DNA of 64,000 nucleotides from Candidatus Latescibacterota bacterium. GTDB lineage: Bacteria > Latescibacterota > UBA2968 > UBA8231. The stretch covers positions 4,352,001 through 4,416,000 of the forward strand of contig OZ242005.1 of the NCBI GenBank assembly GCA_965204725.1. The letters are read 5' to 3'. The notes under the pieces are model-generated. The model saw only the letters and a program-made list of their open reading frames with translations, was not told the origin of the DNA and made no database searches. Positions 20,507 through 29,943 of this stretch are shown piece after piece; the first letter of the stretch is position 1, and every line of letters begins with the position of its first letter. The translations under genes and the position numbers were made by a program.

Positions 20507-22119
20507 GCCTGCTGACAATCGAAAACTTGGGCGTGCGCTTCCACGTCGCCGGCGACAACGTCGAGGCCGTGCGCCGTGCTTCGCTGCACATCGAACGCGG
20601 CGAGACCGTGGCGCTGGTCGGCGAATCCGGCTCGGGCAAGTCCGCGACTGCGCTCTCAGTGCTGCAACTGTTGCCCTACCCGCTCGCCAGCCATCCTCAC
20701 GGCAGCGTCCGCCTCGATGGCGAGGAGCTGTTGGGGGCGGCCGCGGCGCGGTTGCAGGAGTTGCGCGGAAACCGCGTCGCGATGGTTTTTCAAGAACCGA
20801 TGACCTCGCTCAACCCGCTGCACTCCATTGAAAAGCAACTGTGCGAAACGCTCGTCCTGCATCGCGTTCTGAGCCGGGCGGAAGCGCACACCCGCGCTAT
20901 AGAGCTGCTAGAGCTCGTCGGGCTTTCCGACGCTGAGAAGCGTCTAGACGCTTGGCCGCACCAGCTTTCGGGCGGTCAGCGCCAGCGGGTGATGATCGCT
21001 ATGGCCTTGGCCAACGAGCCCGACCTGCTCATTGCCGACGAACCGACTACGGCCCTCGACGTGACAATTCAGGCCCAGATCCTCGCGCTACTCCAAGCCC
21101 TTCAGGCCCGTTTCGGCATGGCGATTTTGCTGATCACCCACGACCTCGGAATAGTCCGCCAGATGGCCGACCGCGTCTATGTGATGAGCAACGGCCAGAT
21201 CGTCGAGCACAACGCCACGGAGGCCCTCTTCACCGCCCCCCAGCACCCCTATACGCGCAAACTGCTAGCGGCCGAGCCGCAGGGTGATCCGCCCCCGATT
21301 GATGCGACCGCGCCCGCTATCGTCCACACCGAGAATATCAGGGTCCACTTCGCGATCAAGCGCGGCCTCCTGCGCCGCACTGTAGGACACGTCAAAGCCG
21401 TTGATGGCCTCTCATTGAGTGTGCGCGCCGGGCAGACGGTCGGCGTGGTCGGCGAATCGGGCTCGGGCAAGACGACGCTGGGGCAGGCCCTCTTGCGGTT
21501 GGTGCCCAGCGAAGGTTCCATCGCATTCGACGGTCGCGATATTCAAGGCTGGCACCAGAAGGAGATTCGCCCGTTGCGCCGGCAGATGCAGATCGTTTTC
21601 CAAGACCCGTTTGCCTCGCTAAGTCCGCGGCTTTCGGCGTTCCAAATCATCGAAGAGGGGCTGCTGGTCCACGCCATCGGCCCGACATACACCGAGCGGC
21701 GGCAACTCGTCGCCGATGCCATGGCCGAGGTGGGCTTAGACCCTGCGACGATGGATCGCTACCCGCACGAGTTTTCCGGCGGCCAGCGCCAGCGCGTCGC
21801 CATTGCCCGCGCCATGGTGCTCAAGCCGCGCTTCGTGGTCCTCGATGAGCCGACTAGTGCTTTGGACAAAACGGTACAGGCGCAGATCGTTGAGCTATTG
21901 CTCCAACTCCAGCAGCGCTACGGCTTGGCGTATCTGTTCATCAGCCACGACTTAAAGGTGGTCCGCGCCTTGGCCAGCGAGCTGATTGTGATGAAGGACG
22001 GCCGAGTGGTTGAGCAGGGACCGGCGCAACAGGTTTTCACCGCGCCGCAGGCGGCTTATACGCGGGCGCTGTTCGCAGCGGCTTTTGCCCTAGAGGCACT
22101 CGACGCAGCAGGGGAGTGA
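20503..22119 (+). CDS. yejF: Peptide ABC transporter ATP-binding protein (two ABC domains)
   Basis: Two Walker A motifs GESGSGKS/T; LSGGQRQR and FSGGQRQR; DEPT; ATGA overlap with yejE. Confidence 0.92.
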   Translation: MSLLTIENLGVRFHVAGDNVEAVRRASLHIERGETVALVGESGSGKSATALSVLQLLPYPLASHPHGSVRLDGEELLGAAAARLQELRGNRVAMVFQEPMTSLNPLHSIEKQLCETLVLHRVLSRAEAHTRAIELLELVGLSDAEKRLDAWPHQLSGGQRQRVMIAMALANEPDLLIADEPTTALDVTIQAQILALLQALQARFGMAILLITHDLGIVRQMADRVYVMSNGQIVEHNATEALFTAPQHPYTRKLLAAEPQGDPPPIDATAPAIVHTENIRVHFAIKRGLLRRTVGHVKAVDGLSLSVRAGQTVGVVGESGSGKTTLGQALLRLVPSEGSIAFDGRDIQGWHQKEIRPLRRQMQIVFQDPFASLSPRLSAFQIIEEGLLVHAIGPTYTERRQLVADAMAEVGLDPATMDRYPHEFSGGQRQRVAIARAMVLKPRFVVLDEPTSALDKTVQAQIVELLLQLQQRYGLAYLFISHDLKVVRALASELIVMKDGRVVEQGPAQQVFTAPQAAYTRALFAAAFALEALDAAGE

Positions 22120-22166
22120 GTGGCGGCGCGTGGACACGACCCAGCAAGGCCCTTAAATTTGCCGCT

Positions 22167-22997
22167 ATGACTTCCGCACCTTGGCTCCCGGTCGAAGCCT
22201 CAATTGAGCAAATCCTCGCCCAGTACCCCGAGCCGCTGATGGCCTTAGCGCGTGGCGAGGTGCCGGCCTTTGTGCTGCGCCAGCACTACAACCCCGCCCA
22301 TTGCCGGGCGCTGATGCGGCGCTTCTATGAGCGCAGCCTGCTCTACGACCCCCACGAGGTCGGCGACGGCCAAGCGCGTCGCGTTGATATTGGCACTAGT
22401 TTTGGCCACCACCGCCGCGACCGCGACAAGTTCCACGCGCACTCCGCCGCGACGCTGGCGTTGTTCGAGACCCTCTTCGATGGCTATGACGATCCGGTCC
22501 GCACCCTGTACGACGCCCTCGCCCAGTTGGCGCCCGGCAAAGAGGTCCAGACCGCCCGCGAGCCGGACGGCCGTCTCTACGGCCCGGCCATCTTCCGCGT
22601 CTATCACCGGGAAACCGGCCACGGCCCGCACTACGACTCCGTCGCCAAGCGCACCCAAGCTTTCGAGTACCAGATTGCGCGGTTCAAATACCAGTTTGCT
22701 GGGGTCCTCTGCTTTCAGAATAGCACCAAGGAGGGCGGCACTGGTGAGCCATACCTGTACAACTGTCCCTTTCGCCCCGCACTCACCGAGCATCTAGGAC
22801 GCGAGCAATTCGCCGCCTACGTCGCCCGCGAGCGCATCGAGCGCGTCCAAGTCCAGCTCGAACCCGGCGACCTCTACTTTTTCTTCAGCGAAAACATCCA
22901 CGAGGTGCCCGCCATCGTCGGCGACCAGCCCCGGGCGGTGCTGGCCATCTTCTTCGCCATGTCTCCAGACGACGACGAGATCTACGTCTGGTCTTGA
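22167..22997 (+). CDS. Putative Fe(II)/2-oxoglutarate oxygenase superfamily protein
   Basis: HxD (PHYDS), distal H (NIHEV) and R; LEPGDLYFF strand motif. Confidence 0.65.
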   Translation: MTSAPWLPVEASIEQILAQYPEPLMALARGEVPAFVLRQHYNPAHCRALMRRFYERSLLYDPHEVGDGQARRVDIGTSFGHHRRDRDKFHAHSAATLALFETLFDGYDDPVRTLYDALAQLAPGKEVQTAREPDGRLYGPAIFRVYHRETGHGPHYDSVAKRTQAFEYQIARFKYQFAGVLCFQNSTKEGGTGEPYLYNCPFRPALTEHLGREQFAAYVARERIERVQVQLEPGDLYFFFSENIHEVPAIVGDQPRAVLAIFFAMSPDDDEIYVWS

Positions 22998-23107
22998 TGC
23001 CTGATCCGCTCTCCGCCTAAGTAGCGGTGTAGAATCCTTCCACCAAGACGGATTTCCGACATACTCTGGGTATTCTCGGTAATCACCAGCCTCGTCCGTC
23101 CATTCCA

Positions 23108-24388
23108 ATGAACTTTTTTCGCAGCTTCTCGCTCAACACAACCTGCTCCTTCTTGGTATTTTCTCTGGGCTTTGTGAACTCGGTCTTACTGGCGGATCGG
23201 CTAGGGCCGGAGCACTATGGCACCCTAAAGCTATGGACTGCGCTCGTCATGCTAGGCGTTTTGTTCTTAGGGGAGTGGCTCAGCAAGGGGAATATCTACG
23301 TCGTGGGACGCGAGCGAGCGCGGGAGGACGCGATCAACCACACTTTGTTCTACTGCCTCGTCTTGGGGGCCTTCCTGCTGCTAACGGCCCCCTTTAGCTT
23401 GGCACTCGCAAAGGTCTTTATGCCCAGTATTACCTTAGTCCAGTGGGTCTTGGGCGTTTGCGTGATTGCGTTCACCGCGCTACAAAGGGCGGGTTTGGCC
23501 ATCTTGTTGGGCGAAGATCGGCTCAAGCCCTACGCACTGCTGCCCGTAGTCTTCATCACCATCTATCTCGGCGGCAATCTAGTCCTTTCCCAGCTAGGGT
23601 ATCTCGAATTGGAACGGGTGATGGGGGTGTGGGTAGGGGCGGTAGGGACCACGGCCTTGGCGGCTTTTGTCCCATTCTTGTACCGGGGATTCCGCTTTCG
23701 GTGGGGCGGGCGACACGTGCTCGGACAAATGCTTCGCATTGGTTCGCGTGGCGAGATCTGCTTAGTGCTCATCTTTTTGCTGATCAAAAGCGACCTCTTT
23801 TTGATAGAGCGCTTTTTAGGCGCGGAGGCGGTGGGCGTGTACGGGGTGGCGACGAACTTTACAGACATGATGCAGCGCGTCGCCAACATTGCCTCGGTCA
23901 TCCTGCTCGCCAAAATAGTGCGCGGGCAAGACGACACGCGGCTCTCTTTGAGCGTAGCCCAAGGTATCTTTGTCTTTTCCCTGCTTTCGGCGGTTGTTTT
24001 AATTTTCGGCGGACGCCTGCTTTTGAGCGTTTTCTTCCCCTTGTACCCTGATGCCTACGCGCCTCTTGTTTGGCTGCTGCCCGGCATGTTGTTTTTAGGT
24101 TGCGGGGCCGTGTTCAACGCCAAGCTAATGGGCGAGGGCTACCCCTCCATGACCCTGTGGGCACCGGGCATCGCTCTGGCGGCCAACGTGGCCCTGAACC
24201 TATTATTGATCCCCAAGCTGGGCCTGCGCGGTGCTGCCCTATCTACTTCGATTGCGTATGCGTTGTGGGGCGTACTGACGGTCTCTTATTACTTGCGTCT
24301 AAACCGGCTGGGCGGGCGAGCCGTCTTCACGCTGCCCTCTTTTGGGCAAGAGGAAACGCCGCCAGCGAAGAAGCTACCATCCGCATGA
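23108..24388 (+). CDS. Polysaccharide flippase (Wzx/MOP superfamily)
   Basis: About 12 TM segments; LADRLGPEHYG, LGAEAVGVYGVA, LLIPKLGLRGAALSTSIAY. Confidence 0.82.
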   Translation: MNFFRSFSLNTTCSFLVFSLGFVNSVLLADRLGPEHYGTLKLWTALVMLGVLFLGEWLSKGNIYVVGRERAREDAINHTLFYCLVLGAFLLLTAPFSLALAKVFMPSITLVQWVLGVCVIAFTALQRAGLAILLGEDRLKPYALLPVVFITIYLGGNLVLSQLGYLELERVMGVWVGAVGTTALAAFVPFLYRGFRFRWGGRHVLGQMLRIGSRGEICLVLIFLLIKSDLFLIERFLGAEAVGVYGVATNFTDMMQRVANIASVILLAKIVRGQDDTRLSLSVAQGIFVFSLLSAVVLIFGGRLLLSVFFPLYPDAYAPLVWLLPGMLFLGCGAVFNAKLMGEGYPSMTLWAPGIALAANVALNLLLIPKLGLRGAALSTSIAYALWGVLTVSYYLRLNRLGGRAVFTLPSFGQEETPPAKKLPSA

Positions 24389-24402
24389 AGGAGGTATAAT
24401 CT

Positions 24403-25224
24403 ATGAGAAGCGATTACAATAAACCCGAAGCACTTGAGTATATATTTAACCGGAAATACGACCCCGGCAACCCGCAACCGGAAATACCATTTACGCACGA
24501 CGACGTGAGAAGTGCGATTGTGGCGACAGGCGGTCAAGTTCCGTCAAACCTAAACAATTTTGTGAAAGACCTTACTCGGTCGGGAAATTCAGACGCGAGA
24601 AGCCTTGCTGCTAGGCAAGCAGGTTATTTTTTACGGGAGGCAGTTCACAGTGGTTCAATCGGTGTCTTTTTTAGAGATAGAGATAGCGGCCCTGCTAGAG
24701 GCGCAATTTCTATATCTTGTCCCGCAAGTTTAGTAGCCAAGCCCATTCACGTTGAGATTCCGCCTGATATACTTGACCTCCTGCGTCCCGATGAAGGCGG
24801 CTTGTTAGCCTCTATAGAATACGGATTCGTTCTCGATGATTTTTTTGCTGTCCCTAAAGGAACGGTACGGCGCGTTCAAGCTCCAGTAAAAGTGCAGCCC
24901 CATGAGTTAGATAGCTTTTTCATAATAAAAAAAGGAAATCGTCGTATTCCGATTCCCTGTGAAGCAAAATCCAAAGGAAACGATGTAATTACCCTAAATC
25001 AGATAGTAGGCATAGCTGCGGCAACCTTGCAACGGCTTATGGAAGATGACATGGATTTTATAATTCCACTGGGGATAAAGCTCGAGAGCAACGGGGACAT
25101 TTTTATTGCAGAATTTCCCGAGTGCAGATCAAGCGATCTATTGAAGCTAAACTCAAAACTCGTCGCCTCTTCCGTTGTAAGACAGGCCCGCTACACGCTG
25201 ATCCCCAAGCCGCCGAAGTGGTAA
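24403..25224 (+). CDS. Putative restriction endonuclease (PD-(D/E)xK)
   Basis: AT-rich; RBS AAGGAGG; HELDSFF ... PCEAKSK catalytic-like pattern; stop codon directly abuts the stop of a convergent methyltransferase. Confidence 0.6.
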   Translation: MRSDYNKPEALEYIFNRKYDPGNPQPEIPFTHDDVRSAIVATGGQVPSNLNNFVKDLTRSGNSDARSLAARQAGYFLREAVHSGSIGVFFRDRDSGPARGAISISCPASLVAKPIHVEIPPDILDLLRPDEGGLLASIEYGFVLDDFFAVPKGTVRRVQAPVKVQPHELDSFFIIKKGNRRIPIPCEAKSKGNDVITLNQIVGIAAATLQRLMEDDMDFIIPLGIKLESNGDIFIAEFPECRSSDLLKLNSKLVASSVVRQARYTLIPKPPKW

Positions 25225-26541
25225 CTAGCTATTCCACCGCAAGAGAACGACCTCTTCGCGTAAATGTTCTCGTGTCGCTGTAGAAAACCGCGTACGAAAT
25301 AAATCGATACCTGTTACCTCATAGCCGAGCCCTTCTGCTATATTAGCCAAAAGCTCTCCCGTCCGAATTAGAATTCTAAAAAAAGACGCTTGGTCGCCGA
25401 CTACATAAGCAAGTTGGGCTCCTGGTGCCAAAACCTGTTTTAACTCTTCTAGGTGACGCGCCATTCCTCCAAAATACAACCTTACTACGCGAGCATAGAG
25501 TTTCTCGAATCCCGACGTTTTTTTTAGTTCTATCCGACGCGCCTCTATCCGGTCTGCCAACTCTTGTATGCGTTCATTGTCTTTAACCCAGCATTCATCC
25601 GTATCTGCTTTATACACTCCCCTGCTATTAGACCGCAGCAAGTTTTGTTTTTGTCGTCGTAGATCGTCGCGGTTGTTTATGTAGCCAAGTAAAACAGCTT
25701 CAAGACGAGTCGTCCGCGTGTAATCCTTTTCATTGGGGTATGGTGGCGAGGTTATAACCGCGTCGAACATCAAAGGTTCTAAGCAGGGATCTATACTACG
25801 CGAATCTGTGAGTTTTACTAGCGATGGTACGGCTTTGTGGCTCTTGACTTGGGTACGGCACAAATCACTAGCCATGTCTTTTACGCCCTTTAACCAAGGT
25901 GCAATGACCGGGGCATCTTCTTTTGGCTTCCCGACCCCTACTTCTGGTCCAAAGCGTAAATTACTGATACTGTAAACTAACTGTTTGGCAAGTGCCAACC
26001 TTTCGTGTGCAATTAGGTGTTCATCTGATTTTTTATTTAGGTTATTTATGAGGGCGAGAGTTTTATGTAAGGGTTTGGGGCTTATGGAATTTTTGATAAG
26101 CAATGCTTCTAATTCAGGCTCTAACAGCGTTAGACCTACTTTTTTGCCGTTGGTACAGGGCTTAAAAAGAGGGTCATCTTCGACGTCTTCTTTTTTTAAC
26201 TGAACCTCTACTTCTTTAGCAACATTTTTGGCATGTCTAACAAGATCATCGGGTTCTATATCCCATAGAACCTTAGTTTGCGCGGCGAACTGTACCACGG
26301 GATTGGCCTCTAAACCAGTGCTTGGAATGCCATTCTTCTTGCACTCAACCAAAGTTGTTCCCGTGCCGCAGAATGGGTCTAGCACCCAGTGGCGTTTTGT
26401 CAGGCCAAATGTATCAATATAACGACGAACCAAGTGCGGCGGATAGGAAAGAACAAACCGATACCATTCGTGGATAGATAAATCCTCCGCGTAAATCCGA
26501 TTTAATTCCTCTCCAGCTTTAGCTTGTACTGCATATACCAT
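25225..26541 (-). CDS. N4-cytosine-type DNA methyltransferase, alpha motif order
   Basis: Motif I LDPFCGTGTT, long spacer, then motif IV ITSPPY; VVGD; AT-rich. Confidence 0.88.
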   Translation of the reverse strand: MVYAVQAKAGEELNRIYAEDLSIHEWYRFVLSYPPHLVRRYIDTFGLTKRHWVLDPFCGTGTTLVECKKNGIPSTGLEANPVVQFAAQTKVLWDIEPDDLVRHAKNVAKEVEVQLKKEDVEDDPLFKPCTNGKKVGLTLLEPELEALLIKNSISPKPLHKTLALINNLNKKSDEHLIAHERLALAKQLVYSISNLRFGPEVGVGKPKEDAPVIAPWLKGVKDMASDLCRTQVKSHKAVPSLVKLTDSRSIDPCLEPLMFDAVITSPPYPNEKDYTRTTRLEAVLLGYINNRDDLRRQKQNLLRSNSRGVYKADTDECWVKDNERIQELADRIEARRIELKKTSGFEKLYARVVRLYFGGMARHLEELKQVLAPGAQLAYVVGDQASFFRILIRTGELLANIAEGLGYEVTGIDLFRTRFSTATREHLREEVVLLRWNS

Positions 26542-26572
26542 TTCTTTCTCTTTCTCAGCTTAGATGAGTAGC

Positions 26573-26824
26573 CTATTCTTCGACAGAAGACTCTATTGTC
26601 TCGCCGAGGCTGTAAACAGGGGATAATTCGCCAATCATATCGCTCATCTTCTGTCTGTCAGACGAGTTTTCCAACAACTGGCTAAAATCCGCTAAACTCA
26701 TTATGATTGCCTGCGATACATTGCGCCGTTTGACAACGTACCGAGTTCGATCTTGAACGACCGAGTCTATTATCTGACCAAAGTTATTTTGCGCTTTAGT
26801 CGATGTTATGACTTTTGTTTCCAT
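26573..26824 (-). CDS. Phd/YefM-family antitoxin-like DNA-binding protein (no adjacent toxin)
   Basis: ITSTKAQNNFGQIIDSV..RYVVKRRN...AIIMSLADF fits the Phd N-terminal pattern; RBS AGGAGA. Confidence 0.82.
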   Translation of the reverse strand: METKVITSTKAQNNFGQIIDSVVQDRTRYVVKRRNVSQAIIMSLADFSQLLENSSDRQKMSDMIGELSPVYSLGETIESSVEE

Positions 26825-26847
26825 GCGGGTGTATCTCCTAATTTATT

Positions 26848-26863
26848 CATATTAGCTAATATG
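26848..26863. promoter_or_regulatory. Perfect 16-bp palindrome; candidate operator of the phd-methyltransferase unit
   Basis: CATATTAGCTAATATG, 24-39 bp upstream of the Phd-like start; a TTGACA lies on the minus strand at 26904-26899. Confidence 0.6.
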
Positions 26864-27015
26864 GCTTTTATCCCTAAACTGAACGAAGAATATGCCTCTG
26901 TCAAGGCTTTAACGGACAAAATTCATCAAAGGCTCCTCGCAGCAGCAAGGAGTAGGTTGCGAGAGGCTGTACAGTTCGCTAGAATTCATTGACAAATTAA
27001 AGCAATGAGGTCGCC

Positions 27016-27834
27016 TTGAACTCACTATTTCGTCTTCTAGCTCCTTCGGCGGCCGACTTGGACTCCTTTCACCAAGACGGCTACATCTTCTACCCAGACG
27101 CACTCAAGGACGAGGCTCGGCGCAGCCTAACCAACGAAATCCTCGGCCTCGAATCGGTGCGTCGCTATCTCGACGCCTTGGGCGAAAAACCCGCCGCGCC
27201 CCAATCCTACTTCGTCCGCCCTTGGAACGACCGCGGCCCGTGCGGCGACCGCCTCATTGATGATCCCTTTGTCGCCGCGCTGCTGCAAGCCACCGTCGGC
27301 CCAAGCTACCACTTCTGCCACTCCGCCCTCAATCTCGCTCCACGCGGCATAGGCCCCATTCCCTACCACCAAGACCACCACCACTGGAAGCACGAAAACC
27401 CCCTCAACCTCGCCGAGCGCGACAAGTACTACATCCAAATTCTCTACTATCCCAATGGCTTCACACTCGGCGACCGCAACCTCAAGGTCATTCCCGGCAG
27501 CCACCGCATCGCCCCGACCCCAGAGGCCACGCCTGAGCGCATGCTGGCCGGGGAATACGACGCAGAGGCTGGACGCGAATTAAAAGAAGTGCGGCTCGCA
27601 GTGCCTCCGGGCAGCATGGTCTATATCAACGCCCGGATCTTTCACGCTGTCGAAGCCAAACCCGCAGACTCCCCCCAGCCCTATCGCATCTTCAACATCG
27701 ACATCTTCAAAGAAGCCGGGCCGCCGCATCGCTATACTCAGGATATTCCGCCCGAGTGGATTGCACGCGCCAGCCCTCAACGCAAAAAACTCTTTCTCCG
27801 CGAGCCTTATACCGAGGGATGCTGGGCGGCCTAA
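27016..27834 (+). CDS. Phytanoyl-CoA dioxygenase (PhyH) family protein
   Basis: SFHQDGYI, YHQD, LKVIPGSH, PPGSMV..FHAV; TTG start. Confidence 0.85.
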   Translation: MNSLFRLLAPSAADLDSFHQDGYIFYPDALKDEARRSLTNEILGLESVRRYLDALGEKPAAPQSYFVRPWNDRGPCGDRLIDDPFVAALLQATVGPSYHFCHSALNLAPRGIGPIPYHQDHHHWKHENPLNLAERDKYYIQILYYPNGFTLGDRNLKVIPGSHRIAPTPEATPERMLAGEYDAEAGRELKEVRLAVPPGSMVYINARIFHAVEAKPADSPQPYRIFNIDIFKEAGPPHRYTQDIPPEWIARASPQRKKLFLREPYTEGCWAA

Positions 27835-27922
27835 GTGCTTCGGCCCAACATCTCGATTCGAGACATTACAATACCACACCACGCACAGGAGCAAGTGCCG
27901 TCTTTGTTATAGGAGCTTTACC

Positions 27923-29101
27923 ATGAGAGTAGCCGCCATCGCCACCATCTACTATCCCAAGTCACATGCCGACGTCATAGCCACCAAGTTTATGAAAGGC
28001 ATGTCCACGGACGAGGGCCTGATGCCCCCAGAAGTGGATCTAGTATCCTTATACATTGACCATGTGCTGGAAAACGATATCGGCGTGAGTTTGGCCCGAG
28101 AGTACGGGATACCCATCTATCCCAGCATCCGCCGCGCCCTGCATGCGGGGGCCGACCGGCTCAATGTAGATGCGGTGCTGCTCATCGGCGAGCACGGCGA
28201 TTACCCTTGGAATGAGCGGGGCCGCCATCTGTACCCGCGCCGCTATTTCTTTGAGCAAATCGCGGGCGTCTTTGCCGAGAGTGGTCGCTCGGTGCCCGTA
28301 TTTTCAGATAAGCATTTAGCATACGACTTTAGGGACGCCCAGTGGATGTGGGACCGGGCTGGAGAATTGGGCATCCCGCTGATGGCCGGGTCGTCGCTGC
28401 CCTTGGCTTGGCGCTGCCCTTGGCTGGAGCATCCCAAGGAGACGCCCATTGAGGAAGCTCTATCCATCGGCTACGGCGGTATCGAGGCTTATGGATACCA
28501 TGCCTTAGAGACTTTGCAGTGCATGGTTGAGCGCCGCCGCGGCGGCGAACAGGGGGTGGCGTGGGTGCAGTGCCTCGAAGGGGACGACGTGTGGCGCGCC
28601 CGCGACGAGGGGCTGTGGTCTGGGGAACTGGCCGAGGCTGCTTGCGCTGCCATTGCCAAAAAGCCGGCTGGCCCCATGGAGAAACATGCCAAAAAACCGG
28701 CTGTCTTCCTCATGGAACACCGCGATGGCTTGCGCACGGCGACCTTGATGCTCAACCGCTATGTCAGCGACTTCGCCTATGCCGCACGGATAGGAGGGCA
28801 AGTGCAGGCCACGGAGTTCTACCTGCAAAACAGGGGGCCGTTTGCCCATTTCGGCTATCTATGCCGCAACATCCAGCAGTTTTTCAAAACGGGTCAGGCC
28901 CCGTATCCGCCCGAGCGCACCCTGCTGACGACTGGGGTTATCGACGCGGCGATGAACTCGCGCTACGAAGAGCACCGCCGGGTCGAGACGCCTTACTTAG
29001 ACATAGCGTACCAGTCTTACGACCAGATGCCGCAGCGACCAAAGGGGCCGCGGCCTAGGGGGGCCTGCGTCGACCCGCAGTCACCCGACATTCTGGGCTA
29101 A
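27923..29101 (+). CDS. Uncharacterised conserved protein, paralog of 1493..2692
   Basis: RBS AGGAG before ATG 27923; SHADVI, IGEHGDYPWNE, FSDKHLA, MAGSSLP, YGYHALE, YPPERTLLTTG. Confidence 0.7.
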   Translation: MRVAAIATIYYPKSHADVIATKFMKGMSTDEGLMPPEVDLVSLYIDHVLENDIGVSLAREYGIPIYPSIRRALHAGADRLNVDAVLLIGEHGDYPWNERGRHLYPRRYFFEQIAGVFAESGRSVPVFSDKHLAYDFRDAQWMWDRAGELGIPLMAGSSLPLAWRCPWLEHPKETPIEEALSIGYGGIEAYGYHALETLQCMVERRRGGEQGVAWVQCLEGDDVWRARDEGLWSGELAEAACAAIAKKPAGPMEKHAKKPAVFLMEHRDGLRTATLMLNRYVSDFAYAARIGGQVQATEFYLQNRGPFAHFGYLCRNIQQFFKTGQAPYPPERTLLTTGVIDAAMNSRYEEHRRVETPYLDIAYQSYDQMPQRPKGPRPRGACVDPQSPDILG

Positions 29102-29188
29102 CGCGCCTCGCGCCGAGAGAAGGCGTCGAGCGAGTAGTGCCCTGCGCCCGTTAGAAACAACGGGACAAAGGGGAAAAATCCGTCAGCT

Positions 29189-29503
29189 TCAGCTCTTCAA
29201 TTCGACGATAACATTCCGCCACGGCCCCGCGCCGGCGTTAAACGCTTCGTGTACCGCCTCCCCTTCGATCGCATTGAACCGCACATCCCCATCCTTCATG
29301 TCCCTAGGCTCCCCGCGGTTTCCCTGTGCATCGGCCGCCTGCAACCGGCCATCGCCAATAACTATGTATAGGTAGTCGTGCTCGTGCCGGTGCAAACCCG
29401 TGCTCTCGCCTGGGGCCAACCGCAAGTCCCAAACCCGCACCCGCTCATTCTCAAAAAGCAATTGCGTTCCCACTGCTGGCGAAACGGTGCTGTCTTTGTT
29501 CAT
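29189..29503 (-). CDS. Small cupin domain protein
   Basis: VGTQLLFENERVRVW, GLHRHEHDY, HEAFN...IVELK. Confidence 0.85.
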   Translation of the reverse strand: MNKDSTVSPAVGTQLLFENERVRVWDLRLAPGESTGLHRHEHDYLYIVIGDGRLQAADAQGNRGEPRDMKDGDVRFNAIEGEAVHEAFNAGAGPWRNVIVELKS

Positions 29504-29943
29504 AAATCCTTCTCCTTTCGCGCCCAAGATATACTTAGGGATACCCGCTCACAACCTCTTCTGTACCGACTAGTCCTCTGTCCTTGAGACGAGGAGCAAA
29601 TTGCGTTTTATTTTTGACCCTGCGTTGGGACGAACCAAGCGCAGTTATGGACTTCACCGCGCCTGTCCGCAGTTTAGCCAAAAATGAGACCCTTACCTTA
29701 ACCCGAACTCACGTTATATCAAGCGAATTCAAAGGCTTGGGCAAATTTTCAAGAGGACAAATCGAAGGGGAGCCGCGGGCGTTGGTAGCGGTGCGTACCG
29801 CGCACGAATTGAGGCCGCACGAGTATAGCGCGTCGAGTAAGAAGGGACACTTTTTCCTCGCTTAGGTGTTATATATGGCACACGGTCACTTGGGTGGACC
29901 CTTATTCACGTCGCTGGCGCGAGGACAATGGACGGAATCACGT

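Noticed and set aside
25225-26541. This methyltransferase as the cause of the CCWGG erosion
   Set aside because: It is an amino-methyltransferase in a seemingly recent insert, and C-to-T decay is expected from m5C; its specificity cannot be read from sequence
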